Numbered from the stretch's first letter, positions 19,501 through 27,978 are shown. The stretch: 64,000 nucleotides of DNA from Patescibacteria group bacterium (GCA_016861265.1 BOLA01000001.1:331569-395568); one strand, 5' to 3'. Translations and numbers: made by a program. The notes: generated by a model not told the origin, from the sequence alone.

Positions 19501-19741
19501 CTATTATGTCAAAATCGGTACCGGCATCACCATACACTTCTATTGTTACATCCTGAACATTTTCGGGTAAGGTAAAGTTAAAATTAACTTGATCGCCTTG
19601 ATTATCTAATGTTCCAGAATCAGTAAGAACATTTTCTGCTTTAATAGAACTAAATCCAAACTGAAAATATGCTACCGTAAATAAGAATACATGCAATATT
19701 GCAAATACTACTATGAGTAATGATTTTTTATTGTGCTTCAT
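13502..19741 (-). CDS. Giant cell-surface protein (2079 aa).
   Basis: It has a signal peptide, a long beta-rich extracellular region, an Ig-like domain (PTINFTANKTTINLGESVTLNWTT...AYTLTGTG) and thrombospondin-type-3-like Asp-rich calcium-binding repeats (DTNADDDNDGLTNQEE, DSDSDDDGLLDGEEV). A Pro/Thr linker precedes a transmembrane helix and a C-terminal module that contains two carboxypeptidase-regulatory-like domains flanking a transmembrane hairpin. Confidence 0.8.
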   Translation of the reverse strand: MKHNKKSLLIVVFAILHVFLFTVAYFQFGFSSIKAENVLTDSGTLDNQGDQVNFNFTLPENVQDVTIEVYGDAGTDFDIIDIQHPENSYFSYYSETRDSESESFTIQYPYSGDWNFSVNFPYDSNGTGGNFLVYVDYNLITDPDPDNVVLSRVDQLDSYSDTQYFFSTPQNATRIAIDVISDTDIQIGNVCGRYYCDTMYYPDGDPQYMEIVNPEYQEWVLNIYSNDTPGGFRVIVHYEVNPEPSVDVYNISDTVFDFGTNSHSFDFSGTAKKLIVSLIAQEAINTDLRLTVYLPGFAGQITNSSQETYYKTLVINNPETGTYNIEVNEMGDDNSVDYEVKVFTQDFEEYSEAVAPLITSTASNRFNDATTANLSIDVEPTDNMVLVFASYKSYGYGMWSNYIGYIGDQNYWDLFRKVETYPRCYSALTDLSTSYDMVSEVWYYYGKPEAGTLDFSFDFQGSASDIRDLVLSAVTISNANPDNMEFSDYSCQAKSDINTSNFLMPINSKANDLVIGSIYTDTNTMLVPSYGSTIYSYNGTGASFVSSYDTTTEYELYTPGSVDKYIALAVAVRANGPVLSPNSYTYVPGGSVEDLENPVIEFTTSPGSMASNGVQFVGTVTDDVAVDYAEYQLNEDSPVSITLDGDSNNKSFDFTIPYINEGTNTVIVTAYDYSGKFVSQEFVFDFVDDQEDPFCDLPSQNSVVNSNTVTYTNVICTDDVGIEQLQLTVYKDNLFTELYNGFLPEDVTQDDSFGDAEEIVTFTIPIELPDGIIFVRLNPRDVASKDATYIGSDFFTVEAEDSTAPTLYLEAIRPDPTMDDSPRITGSCSDNSLYDTNSVVSQLRYRLDEGSWQDITPLDGDLGEIIEEYSFDLPTLSLGTHTVEVECSDSQALVTTKSDEFTIIAPVLSEPQLIIETEDFNDHTNHVLSESNLIWGNGRLRLRETISTVRTSIDTTNYPTKYQNTGYNKYLVEKDPTNSNRIWYTRTSQVVSYDISTGQSTVLDPVSWGLTNLDGPMQTIELSVLNGKTYLWTSDLYRLQVYNLTDNVAVEISYYQLGSIVPDTRGRLAAYINVGGTVGYLDLNNTLTNTGDDTYTVVSSLPDGSALGLSFDFQRNELYVPRYGIGLAKLNDNNTPTNFGDDTLAEYSNAQFENNGSVFGVLVDPNGYLLVGMAGYNQTGGLYVVLDSHTTPGDASDDTVLKLADSAQIKNLNVYDITYIEGQNDVGDQLFLTGELGDAYYLNFNDTYTDLLDDTYIRLNITTNNRGVDTSNAYRGSAVYVVQDYNTLYVNGDVDGFQKYDLIRGWQDVGQAVIYSTPENRLFANYFELRDVQDVGVITVANSSTPEQDNNLFTKLKNLLFPKVTAQQLNGAVSYFVSVDDGVTWNPITLAEILNMSQNDYRVKFKIEMTEINDSTPVIDSYTLAFGAYQDEEQADTYTLDLNVLPNTGTTADNLNFTAKVVDELGFSNQNFNGGLVINLIDSVTSTTKNTLINYGNIELVNGEFSVNNLRITAPGTYYISALYDSVVYLSNLITITEVPVTPVPTINFTANKTTINLGESVTLNWTTSNLTALSINRGVGTLNSLNGSTVVTPTTTTAYTLTGTGPYGNLESTLTIVVVQPTTTNTPSPDTNADDDNDGLTNQEEISLGTNPNDSDSDDDGLLDGEEVDGCVYNQGTTECSSVTFEPTDPLDANTDNDSLLDGEEVLGCYFTINTTVCSNETFEPTDPHDPNSPATHPVAENNPVDTSVPTPTVAEPTAEEPTRTIIETVVEAFNNSAKTGSLPTALVVTTTAATALTAVSYPNAVMYAFVWFRKRRKKLSWGLVFDATNNKPVPFVTVRILDMSNQFIAEEISDLNGKYSIAAKSGNYLLEAKVNGYEEFRNNIAITDEAVNIDIALTPVDPKYDKWLVLRNWLKNNMPKINTFIFFIGFIFSLITMLVAPNTLNLVVLIVFIVQIAAYYLISRNKGGRVFEANSGENLKGIFVRIFEKESGRQLGSVVTDNLGKYNLFLKPGSYLIKAENLQYKIEESTAKFKDATGVPYMEVNLEKESLLNIQIPMQRKTYQEMGSNAQSKFGMM

Positions 19742-19871
19742 AAAAAGGTGAATTGATATACTTTATAAATTCATAATAAAGCTTCTTTAATGCTCTTACA
19801 AGCTTAATTTTATAGATTATAGACTTTTAAATTGTTGTGGAAATATTTCTTGAATGTGATAGATTGTAACT

Positions 19872-20144
19872 ATGAAACTACACTTTGATGAGCCCAAAGA
19901 CAAAACAAAAGATACCAGCGCAATTTATGAATTCTTTATAGAAGAAAATAACGATAAGCCAATAAATATTAATAAGATCAGAGGTAAATCTTTAGCAAGA
20001 TTAATTGAGGAAAGAAAAATTGGTAAGCACTACAGTAGAAAAAAACATTTAAAGTTACAACTGCACTTACTGCAAATATTAGTAATACTTGTTTCTTTAG
20101 TCTGCTTGGTAATGATTGCTTATCTTCTGTATAAAGTCATTTAA
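19872..20144 (+). CDS. Small hypothetical protein with a C-terminal transmembrane helix (90 aa).
   Basis: Only the ORF supports it. It converges on the kinase gene and overlaps its end. Support is weak. Confidence 0.3.
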   Translation: MKLHFDEPKDKTKDTSAIYEFFIEENNDKPININKIRGKSLARLIEERKIGKHYSRKKHLKLQLHLLQILVILVSLVCLVMIAYLLYKVI

Positions 20145-20682
20145 GGTCGAATCTTATCTCCTCATCTAGTTCACTGCCCTCAAGTACAATTTCTCTTACA
20201 AAGTTTCTTACGCTCTGCAAGAAATCATCTAATGTTCCATTGTTATCTATATAAAAGTTGTATGGAATTCGCCTTGTTTCTTGATCCGCTCTATTTGCAA
20301 ATTGTTCAACATTAATTCTTTCTACATGAATTGTGAATGCATCTGGGAATAAAGCAAGCAGTTTTAAGATTTCTTCTGGCTCTCTAATATGGAGAAATAC
20401 AATCGAATTATCGGGAGTATCGGCAATTCTTTCGACTAAGTATCTCGTAGGTCTATCGTTATCCCTAACCATATCCTGCTTTACATCAAACATTCTGTAT
20501 CGCCAATAATCATCTTTAGTAACTCCATCCCATTGTTCAAACTCTCTTAAATATTGCTTAACTTCATCTACTGATGAATAAGTTGCTACATTAATTCTTC
20601 CAGTTAACATTTCTCTACACATTTCAATTAGGGTATCTTTTCCCGAGCGTGCAGGTCCATTAATAACGAATACTTTTTTCAT
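20137..20682 (-). CDS. P-loop kinase resembling the deoxynucleoside-monophosphate kinase family (T4 gp1-like).
   Basis: The N-terminus VINGPARSGKDT matches the gp1 P-loop SGxKRSGKDT. The C-terminus NNGTLDDFLQSV resembles gp1 NDGSLEELF. It has none of the signature motifs of adenylate kinase. The stop codon is TGA. Confidence 0.55.
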   Translation of the reverse strand: MKKVFVINGPARSGKDTLIEMCREMLTGRINVATYSSVDEVKQYLREFEQWDGVTKDDYWRYRMFDVKQDMVRDNDRPTRYLVERIADTPDNSIVFLHIREPEEILKLLALFPDAFTIHVERINVEQFANRADQETRRIPYNFYIDNNGTLDDFLQSVRNFVREIVLEGSELDEEIRFDLK

Positions 20683-21461
20683 TATGAGTTTCTTAGTTCA
20701 AGTAAGCTACCGACTCCAAGGTCTTTGCCAAATTGGTCGATTTGTTTGATAAAGAATTTTATACTATTTCCCCAGTTCTTGCATTCATCTTGAGGGCCAC
20801 AAAATGTACCTTCCATCAAGGATGGATCGATTAAATACTGAGTACCATAACCTTCCATCAAAACTCTTGAGACTCTATCTATTGAAGCCTCAAAACTTTC
20901 AAAATAGAGTCGATGTTCACCCCCGCCTCCAAAGCCCCAACAATTATGCATTTCTGCCGAAACTTTATACTTGCATAAATTGGTTTCGTTTCTAGCAATA
21001 GCCACAATAGTTATGCAGTCCCTTGGTGCTCCATACTGATCGCATTTTTCAACAAAATATTTTCCATAACCGTATAAAGGTGAGTTGTTTGCAAGAAAAT
21101 ATTGATCGAATACATAAGCTCTTTCGTCCACTAGACTAATATTTGTATTAATTTTATTTACAGTGGATGCCCCCAAAACTTCAGCAGCACTAAACTTATT
21201 GCTAAATGCAATTGCAGAAGGATCAATATTTAAGGACGTATTATAGTAGTTTTGTTTTGCTTCTACAGAATATGAATCTAGGCTGCCAGTTAATATTCTG
21301 CCTAACTCATTAATACCCAATCCTAAAACTAGTAGTAGGAATAAGTAAAAAGATACTTTAGAAGCACTTAGTTTTCTTTTTTTTATTGATTTATATACTC
21401 TAGTTCTTAGAGGTTTTAGAAGATAGACCTTCTTAACTTGTCCTAATTTTGCTTTTTCCAT
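20682..21461 (-). CDS. Membrane-anchored hypothetical protein (259 aa) with a Cys-containing C-terminal domain.
   Basis: It has an N-terminal transmembrane helix and overlaps the kinase gene by 1 nt. I recognise no motif. Confidence 0.5.
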   Translation of the reverse strand: MEKAKLGQVKKVYLLKPLRTRVYKSIKKRKLSASKVSFYLFLLLVLGLGINELGRILTGSLDSYSVEAKQNYYNTSLNIDPSAIAFSNKFSAAEVLGASTVNKINTNISLVDERAYVFDQYFLANNSPLYGYGKYFVEKCDQYGAPRDCITIVAIARNETNLCKYKVSAEMHNCWGFGGGGEHRLYFESFEASIDRVSRVLMEGYGTQYLIDPSLMEGTFCGPQDECKNWGNSIKFFIKQIDQFGKDLGVGSLLELRNS

Positions 21462-21523
21462 TACTGTAAATTATGTGACTGTTTACAGTTTAAAGGAAAA
21501 TCAAAGTATAGAAAAGCTAATTA

Positions 21524-22300
21524 TTAATCAAGCAAGGTAAGTATTTCTGGCCTTCCTTTTCGCACGATTACCATGTGTTCAAACATAACACCTTTAGATC
21601 CATCAACGGTTTTTAGACTCCATCCGTCTAAATCTAAGTAAAGTGATTCTTTGCCTAGTACGACTTGGTTTTCTATACATAAACACATTCCTTCTTCTAG
21701 TGGGATTTCTTCCTGTCCCTTATATGTATAAGTCAAAACTTCGGGTTCTAACCACAAAGCCTTTCCTATACCATGACCACAATAAGATCGAATATAATTA
21801 AAACCCGCGATATCGCATACAGTTTGCATTGCTCTAGAAATATCACTTACATTATTGCCAACTACGGCCTCTTTGATAGCAGTATCTATACATAGCCTAC
21901 CGGTTTCTATCAGCCTTTTTTCCTCTGCAGATATTTCTCCGACTGCAACAGTTACACAATGATCAGTATAAAAGCCATTATGAATTACTCCAAAATCGAC
22001 TTTAACAATGTCGCCTTCTTTAAATTCAATACTCGAATGTGGAATTCCATGCAGAATAGTATTATTTACATTTATACATAGGCTCGAAGGGAAATCACTC
22101 TTTGGTCCTGGAACTCCTAAAAAGGCAGGTTTAACCTTGTTTTTTAAACATAATTCGCTAGCAAGTTCTGCAATATCACTTGCTTTTACACCTGCTTTTA
22201 CATTATCCCTTAGCTGTCTTAAAATTGAAGTCGAAATATCAGCAGCTTCCTTGACTGTTTTATAGTCCTTTTCACTTTTGATTATATTCGAATACGACAT
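21524..22300 (-). CDS. map: Methionine aminopeptidase, type I.
   Basis: MetAP metal-binding residues are present (DFGVIHNGFYTD, GHGIG). It sits immediately downstream of secY. Confidence 0.9.
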   Translation of the reverse strand: MSYSNIIKSEKDYKTVKEAADISTSILRQLRDNVKAGVKASDIAELASELCLKNKVKPAFLGVPGPKSDFPSSLCINVNNTILHGIPHSSIEFKEGDIVKVDFGVIHNGFYTDHCVTVAVGEISAEEKRLIETGRLCIDTAIKEAVVGNNVSDISRAMQTVCDIAGFNYIRSYCGHGIGKALWLEPEVLTYTYKGQEEIPLEEGMCLCIENQVVLGKESLYLDLDGWSLKTVDGSKGVMFEHMVIVRKGRPEILTLLD

Positions 22301-22301
22301 T

Positions 22302-23810
22302 TTAAGAGTTTATATATTTTTCGTAACTTCTTGTAGCTTGTAAAGACTTATATTGTCTGTAGGTATCTAGGAATACTCCAACAATAATTAGTACGCTAGT
22401 GCCTCCAATTCCCGAAAGAATAGTTAAGGTTGTTCCGCTTGTACTCAGTACAAAATCTCTAGCAATCATTGGTATTAATGCAATAAGTCCTAAGAAAATA
22501 CCTCCGACAATTCCAATTCTTAGCAGTACTCTACTTAGGTAATCCTCAGTTGCCTTTCCTGGTCTTACGCCTGGAATGAATGCTCCATTTTTTTGCAAAT
22601 TTTCAACGGCAACTTCCTGCGGGTTAAACACTATGAATGAATATACTAGTGCAAATATTATAGTTAGAATAAAGTATACAATTGCGTAAATTAGATCTTT
22701 ATTATCTACGATATTATCGGTAGGAGCATATAAGAAGCTAGTCTTTAATGACTCCATAAACTGATATACACTCGAATCTGCTGTTAATCCATTCTGAACT
22801 AATGGTATTAAAATCTGAGGAATAGATAATACTGCGTAAGTAAATATAACTGGAATAACTCCTGTTAAAGTAAACTTTAAAGGTAAAAAGGATCCTCTTC
22901 CTATTTCCGCACCCCTAACCCTTCTTGCATATTGAATCTCTATTTTTCTGTAAGACTCATTTATAAATATAATTCCAGCGATCACTATTATGGCACCAAT
23001 CAGAACCACCAGCAGTGCTCCGGTCAAAGGGTTATTTAATGCGGAAAAGTTACCCTGCAGTAATTGATTAATCGTTTCGTTAAAGTTAATTCTTGCAAAG
23101 TCTTGGCTTATATAGACTGGCAATGTAGATAGAATTCCAATAGTAATAATTATTGAAGAACCATTACCTAGACCTTTCTCTGTGATTATTTCTGATAACC
23201 ACATTAATAACATTGTACCTGCGGCTAAAACTAAGGCCATAAACAGAATCTTTTCGATTGATGGTAAATTGGAGCCGATTGCATGGGTTATTAAATAAAC
23301 AGGTGTGTGGTTTGGATCAGCAGCAACAGCAGGATCATTTGCTGCATTTGCAAGGTCTCTCTGAGCAATAATGTATAAGTAGATTACTGAATAGAATATT
23401 GCTAATGGAAATGAAATGTATCGGGTAATTTGATTAATTATTTGTCTTCCTCTCTCACCTTCCTTCTGCAATTCCTTTAGTCTAGGTATAGCATAAGGCA
23501 ATATTTGCATAACTATAGATGCATTAATATATGCGGCAATTCCTAAGCCAACCAAAGATGGTGTATCAACCCTACCTCCTGTAAAGATTGTAAATAAGTA
23601 ATTAATTTCCGATGCTGTACTCGCTCCAAAGTAGTTGTTGTATACCTTCATGTCTACTCCAGGAAGCGGAATACTTGCCAAAGCTCTGTAAACAACTACT
23701 ATAAATATTGTTACCCCAATTCTTGTTAATATCTCTTTATTTGTTAAAAACGAAGGTAATCTAATATTTTTGAATGGGTTAATACTTCTTAGTTTGGCTA
23801 ATGGTTTCAT
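22302..23810 (-). CDS. secY: Preprotein translocase subunit SecY.
   Basis: It is a multi-transmembrane protein in the conserved position after L15. Conserved SecY segments are present (GIMPYI-like AAYINASIVMQIL, KKEGE...GRR, GNGSSIII). Confidence 0.9.
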   Translation of the reverse strand: MKPLAKLRSINPFKNIRLPSFLTNKEILTRIGVTIFIVVVYRALASIPLPGVDMKVYNNYFGASTASEINYLFTIFTGGRVDTPSLVGLGIAAYINASIVMQILPYAIPRLKELQKEGERGRQIINQITRYISFPLAIFYSVIYLYIIAQRDLANAANDPAVAADPNHTPVYLITHAIGSNLPSIEKILFMALVLAAGTMLLMWLSEIITEKGLGNGSSIIITIGILSTLPVYISQDFARINFNETINQLLQGNFSALNNPLTGALLVVLIGAIIVIAGIIFINESYRKIEIQYARRVRGAEIGRGSFLPLKFTLTGVIPVIFTYAVLSIPQILIPLVQNGLTADSSVYQFMESLKTSFLYAPTDNIVDNKDLIYAIVYFILTIIFALVYSFIVFNPQEVAVENLQKNGAFIPGVRPGKATEDYLSRVLLRIGIVGGIFLGLIALIPMIARDFVLSTSGTTLTILSGIGGTSVLIIVGVFLDTYRQYKSLQATRSYEKYINS

Positions 23811-23927
23811 AAATCAAAAAACTATGGTTAAAATCTACAAACAAGATTATACACAATTAAATAAAAATTGACTAAGATATTTGTGAAACCCTTATCTGCA
23901 TTACTGTATATATTTTATTGTCGCTGG

Positions 23928-24389
23928 TTAATTTTGCTCTTCGGCTAATACTTTTAATCTCTCTAAAGATTTTGGCCACATTTCATTGAACATATCTACG
24001 TATTCATCCATCATATCTATATCTACTTGTACTTCGGTTACACCATCTTCTTCTTTAAAAGTGTAGTTTTCGAATGCAGGAGCCCATTTCTTTGCTTCTT
24101 CGCTTGTAGTATCTTCTACCCCATTATTCACAATTCCAAGATGCTCAATTGAAATAAATTGATATGGAATATTCTCGGCTATACGACTAACCATACCGCC
24201 CATCACACCCGTTTCTGGATCTGGTCCAAGAAAAAGCATTTTTGATCCTTTTTCCCAGTTACCTTGCACAGTTGATCCGCCTTCATTGAATACGCTGGTC
24301 CAATCTTTATAAGTTTCTTCACCTAGCATTGTATTCCATACTTTCTCTGCAGGAGCATTAATTCTAATTGAAAAGTGCATTTTTTGCAT
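23928..24389 (-). CDS. SRPBCC-superfamily protein (AHSA1/START-like), inserted between rplO and secY.
   Basis: The N-terminus SIRINAPAEKVWNTM is typical of AHSA1-like SRPBCC proteins. The gene has its own flanking terminator and promoter-like signals. Confidence 0.6.
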   Translation of the reverse strand: MQKMHFSIRINAPAEKVWNTMLGEETYKDWTSVFNEGGSTVQGNWEKGSKMLFLGPDPETGVMGGMVSRIAENIPYQFISIEHLGIVNNGVEDTTSEEAKKWAPAFENYTFKEEDGVTEVQVDIDMMDEYVDMFNEMWPKSLERLKVLAEEQN

Positions 24390-24447
24390 AATTTAAATAC
24401 TAATATTAAAAATAAAATACTAGCCTATTGTAGCATTTACTAAAATA

Positions 24448-24480
24448 TAAAAAAAAAGACCCAGCTTTCGCTGGGTCTTT
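24448..24480 (-). terminator. Rho-independent terminator after rplO.
   Basis: The stem AAGACCCAGC/GCTGGGTCTT with a TTTC loop is followed on the minus strand by a run of T residues. Confidence 0.7.
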
Positions 24481-24499
24481 AAATTCTTGTTATATTTTT

Positions 24500-24967
24500 T
24501 TATTCTTCCACACTTCCACCAGCTTTTTCAATAGCTGCCTTTGCTGTCTTAGAGGTTTTAATTCCCTTTAAGTTTAAGGCTACTTCGATATCTTTATCGA
24601 ATAATACTTTTGGCATTACTACTTTATGTGCTTTTAATTTCAATAATCCAAATTGTACTAAATTTTCTAGAGTAACTTCTGTTACCTTAGCTTCTGCAGC
24701 AACTGCAGCAAGTACGCTTAATTTAACAGGTGAATTTACTTCACTTGATTTTATAAAGGCTCGAGTAAATCCTTTGAATTTAGGCAATCTTCTTGCAATA
24801 GGGTTCTGACCTCCTTCGAAGTTTCTTCTTGGAGCTTTGTAACCTGTTCTTGCAGTAGCACCCTTTCCTCCTCTACCTGAAGTATGGCCTCCCTTTCCGG
24901 ATCCCATTCCTCTTCCTAATCTCTTTCCTGTTTTAGTTGTTTTTGGTGATGGTAATGTATGTAACAT
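24500..24967 (-). CDS. rplO: 50S ribosomal protein L15.
   Basis: The Gly-rich L15 N-terminus (GKRLGRGMGSGKGGHTSGRGGKG) is present and the gene sits at the expected operon position. Confidence 0.9.
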   Translation of the reverse strand: MLHTLPSPKTTKTGKRLGRGMGSGKGGHTSGRGGKGATARTGYKAPRRNFEGGQNPIARRLPKFKGFTRAFIKSSEVNSPVKLSVLAAVAAEAKVTEVTLENLVQFGLLKLKAHKVVMPKVLFDKDIEVALNLKGIKTSKTAKAAIEKAGGSVEE

Positions 24968-24999
24968 ATTTTCAATTTTAAAATTCTATTATTTAAATC

Positions 25000-25593
25000 T
25001 TATAACCTTGTTGTTCTTAATGCTGCTAATGCATAAATTGTTGCATAAGCATTTGTAATTTTATTATCAGCACCTAAAATCTTACCTAGAACATCGTTAA
25101 TACCTGCTACTTCTGCAACCTGTCTAACTGACGATCCTGCAATAATTCCTGTACCTGGAGCAGCTGGTTTAAGTAAAATTCTTGATGATTTGTATTTAAA
25201 TGTAATTTCATGAGGTATTGTATTTCCTTTTAGGCTTACAAATACCATGCTCTTTTTAGCTTGATTAGTAGCCTTGTCTTGTGCACTTCTTACATCATCA
25301 CCTTTACCCACACCAATTCCTACTCTTCCCTTTTTGTCACCTACAACAACTACAACGCTGATTTTCATTCTTCGTCCTCCCTGATGCATTTTTGTAACTC
25401 TTCTAATAGTTACAATCTTAGTTTCTAATTGCTCACCTTTTTCCTCAGATCTGTCTTTTCTATCTGAACGTCTAGGTCTATTAGATCTAATTTTGTTTCT
25501 GTTGTTTCTTTCATATTTATTAGCAACAGTTGCTTGTGCCTGAGTTACATTTACTTCTTTTACTTCAGTTGTTGGTTTTGCTTGTTCTGACAT
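25000..25593 (-). CDS. rpsE: 30S ribosomal protein S5, with an N-terminal Lys/Arg/Glu-rich extension.
   Basis: The S5 core (GGRRMKISVVVVVGD, GIGVGKGDDV) is present and the gene sits at the expected operon position. Confidence 0.9.
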   Translation of the reverse strand: MSEQAKPTTEVKEVNVTQAQATVANKYERNNRNKIRSNRPRRSDRKDRSEEKGEQLETKIVTIRRVTKMHQGGRRMKISVVVVVGDKKGRVGIGVGKGDDVRSAQDKATNQAKKSMVFVSLKGNTIPHEITFKYKSSRILLKPAAPGTGIIAGSSVRQVAEVAGINDVLGKILGADNKITNAYATIYALAALRTTRL

Positions 25594-25616
25594 ATCTTTC
25601 GTTTTAGAATTTTAAT

Positions 25617-25958
25617 TTAAAATTGTAAACCTGCTTCTCTAGCACCGTCTGCTAAAGCTTTTACTCTTCCGTGATACTTGAATCCTCTTCTATCAAATAC
25701 TACTTTTGTTAAATTTGCTTTTACTGCTTTTTCTCCTAAAAGTGTACCTACTTCTTTTGCAAGTTCTACAGGTTTTAATTTCTTTGTAACCTCTAAATCA
25801 GTAGCGGTTACAAGTGTTTTATGGTTTACATCATCAATAATTTGAGCATAGATGTGAGAGTTTGTTCTATGAACAACTACTCTTGGTCTATCTACTGTCC
25901 CCTTTACTGTCTTTGCAATTTTACTTATTCTTCTTTGTCTTTGTTTAATTTTATCCAT
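25617..25958 (-). CDS. rplR: 50S ribosomal protein L18.
   Basis: Sequence and operon position. Confidence 0.85.
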   Translation of the reverse strand: MDKIKQRQRRISKIAKTVKGTVDRPRVVVHRTNSHIYAQIIDDVNHKTLVTATDLEVTKKLKPVELAKEVGTLLGEKAVKANLTKVVFDRRGFKYHGRVKALADGAREAGLQF

Positions 25959-25978
25959 ATTTTTAATTTAACTTAGAG

Positions 25979-26536
25979 TTATTTTGATGCTCCTTTAGTT
26001 GATTTCTTTCTAATCTTTTCACCCTTATATCTAATACCTTTACCCTTGTAAGGTTCTGGCTTTCTATAAGCTCTAATCTTAGCTGCAACTTCTCCAACTA
26101 ATTGTTTATCAGCACCATCAACGCTAATATTAACCTGATCTGCTACAGCAATATTAATTCCTGCAGGTGGTTCATAATTGATTTTGTGGGAATAACCTAC
26201 AGATAGTACTAATTTAGTACCTTGCATTTCTGCTCTATAACCAATTCCAACAATTTCTAATTCTTTTTTATAACCATTTACTACACCATCAACCATATTG
26301 CTGATTAATGTTCTGTATAGACCATGGAATGCTCTGTCTTGCTTTGAATCACTATCTCTTACAACTGATAATGTTGTTCCTTCTTGTTTTACATCAACAC
26401 CTCTTTGAATTGATTGTGTTAAGGTACCTTTTGGTCCTGTAACTGTAACTTTCTTATATCCGAATTCTCCTCCGTTTTCAACTTTTACATCAACACCGTT
26501 TGGTAATTGGATTTCTTTTTTTCCTATTCTTGACAT
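25979..26536 (-). CDS. rplF: 50S ribosomal protein L6.
   Basis: The N-terminus MSRIGKKEIQLPNGV and the operon position. Confidence 0.9.
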   Translation of the reverse strand: MSRIGKKEIQLPNGVDVKVENGGEFGYKKVTVTGPKGTLTQSIQRGVDVKQEGTTLSVVRDSDSKQDRAFHGLYRTLISNMVDGVVNGYKKELEIVGIGYRAEMQGTKLVLSVGYSHKINYEPPAGINIAVADQVNISVDGADKQLVGEVAAKIRAYRKPEPYKGKGIRYKGEKIRKKSTKGASK

Positions 26537-26595
26537 ATCTTTCTAATTAACGAATTTATGGATTCCTATATGGAAGCCTTCAATTATAAATTTAA

Positions 26596-26988
26596 TTAAT
26601 AAACGTAACAAATATACTCTCCACCAATCTTATTCTTAACAGCATCCTTGCCTGTTACAATTCCCATTGGTGTTGAGAAAATTGATAAACCTAAACCTCT
26701 TTTTACAGGTTTAATATCTCTATATCCTCTGTATTTTCTTACACCAGGCTTAGAAATTCTTACTACTTCTGTAATAGCAGGTACTCCATTTACATATTTC
26801 AAATCAACTACTAGTTCACTCTGTGGTTTTGCTTCAACAACCTGATAATCTAATAAGAAACCTTCCTTTTTTAAGATTTCAGCAATTGAGATAATCATCT
26901 TTGTTGCAGGCATAGAAACAGAATCTTTTTTTCTTGCTTGTGCATTCCTTATTCTTGTTAAAAAGTCTGCTATTGGGTCAGTTATCAT
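26596..26988 (-). CDS. rpsH: 30S ribosomal protein S8.
   Basis: The N-terminus MITDPIADFLTRIRNA and the operon position. Confidence 0.9.
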   Translation of the reverse strand: MITDPIADFLTRIRNAQARKKDSVSMPATKMIISIAEILKKEGFLLDYQVVEAKPQSELVVDLKYVNGVPAITEVVRISKPGVRKYRGYRDIKPVKRGLGLSIFSTPMGIVTGKDAVKNKIGGEYICYVY

Positions 26989-27016
26989 ATTACCTTAATA
27001 AATCTAAATTAATTAA

Positions 27017-27229
27017 TTACCATGAAATTTTTCTTACTCCTGGCAATTCTCCGTTTAAAGCTGCTTTTCTAAAGCAAATTCTACACATTTTGAATCTACC
27101 AATGTATCCTCTTGGTCTACCGCAAACTTGACATCTGTTTTTAAACTTAACAGATTTAAATTTGCTGTTTCCATTCTTCATTTTCATGATTTGTTTTTTG
27201 TTTTTAGCAACTGCTGCTTTATTTGCCAT
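27017..27229 (-). CDS. rpsN: 30S ribosomal protein S14, zinc-binding short form.
   Basis: The sequence [22 protein letters not shown] and the operon position. Confidence 0.85.
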   Translation of the reverse strand: MANKAAVAKNKKQIMKMKNGNSKFKSVKFKNRCQVCGRPRGYIGRFKMCRICFRKAALNGELPGVRKISW

Positions 27230-27289
27230 ATTTGTATTTGTTTAAATCGTTTGTAATTATAGCTTTTAGCCTTAAATTAATCAATTAGA

Positions 27290-27856
27290 TTAAGCTTGTT
27301 TAGGCTTATTCTTAGCTCTTTCGAAAGGCATTCCTAGTCCTTCTAAAAGCGCTAAACCTTGTTCATCATTAGCTGCTGTGGTGTTTATAACAACTTGCAG
27401 TGATCTAATTTTTACTAAAGTTGATGTATCAATCTCTGGGAAAATTGTATGATCTTTAATTCCCAAAGAATAATTTCCTCTTCTATCAAATGCTTTTCTA
27501 GAAACACCTCTAAAGTCCTTAATTCTTGGTAGAGTTACTCCTACAACTTTATACAAGAAATCCCACATTCTATCACCTCTTAAAGTTACCTTTAATCCGT
27601 TTGGTGTGCCTTCTCTTAGTTTAAAGTTAGAAATAGCCAACTTAGAGTTCACTACTACAGGTTTTTGACCAGTAATTTGTGCCAAAGTTTCGCTCATTTC
27701 TTGAACAACATTTGTGTTATTCTGATATTCTTTTCCAATTCCTGCATTCACAACTATTTTTGTAATAGTTGGTACAGCCATAGTATTCTTAATGTCGAAA
27801 TCCTTCATTAATTTTGGCTTTACTTCCTTGTTGTATTTTGTTTCTAATTCTGTCAT
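27290..27856 (-). CDS. rplE: 50S ribosomal protein L5.
   Basis: Sequence and operon position. Confidence 0.9.
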   Translation of the reverse strand: MTELETKYNKEVKPKLMKDFDIKNTMAVPTITKIVVNAGIGKEYQNNTNVVQEMSETLAQITGQKPVVVNSKLAISNFKLREGTPNGLKVTLRGDRMWDFLYKVVGVTLPRIKDFRGVSRKAFDRRGNYSLGIKDHTIFPEIDTSTLVKIRSLQVVINTTAANDEQGLALLEGLGMPFERAKNKPKQA

Positions 27857-27978
27857 ATCTTGTTCTAAATAAATTTTTTATTTCTTTTTAGCTTTAGCTA
27901 AATATTCAATTAATTACAATTACCTTTGAAACAAGTTTAGATTATACACCTAACTTGTTAGTGATAACTTTTCTAATC

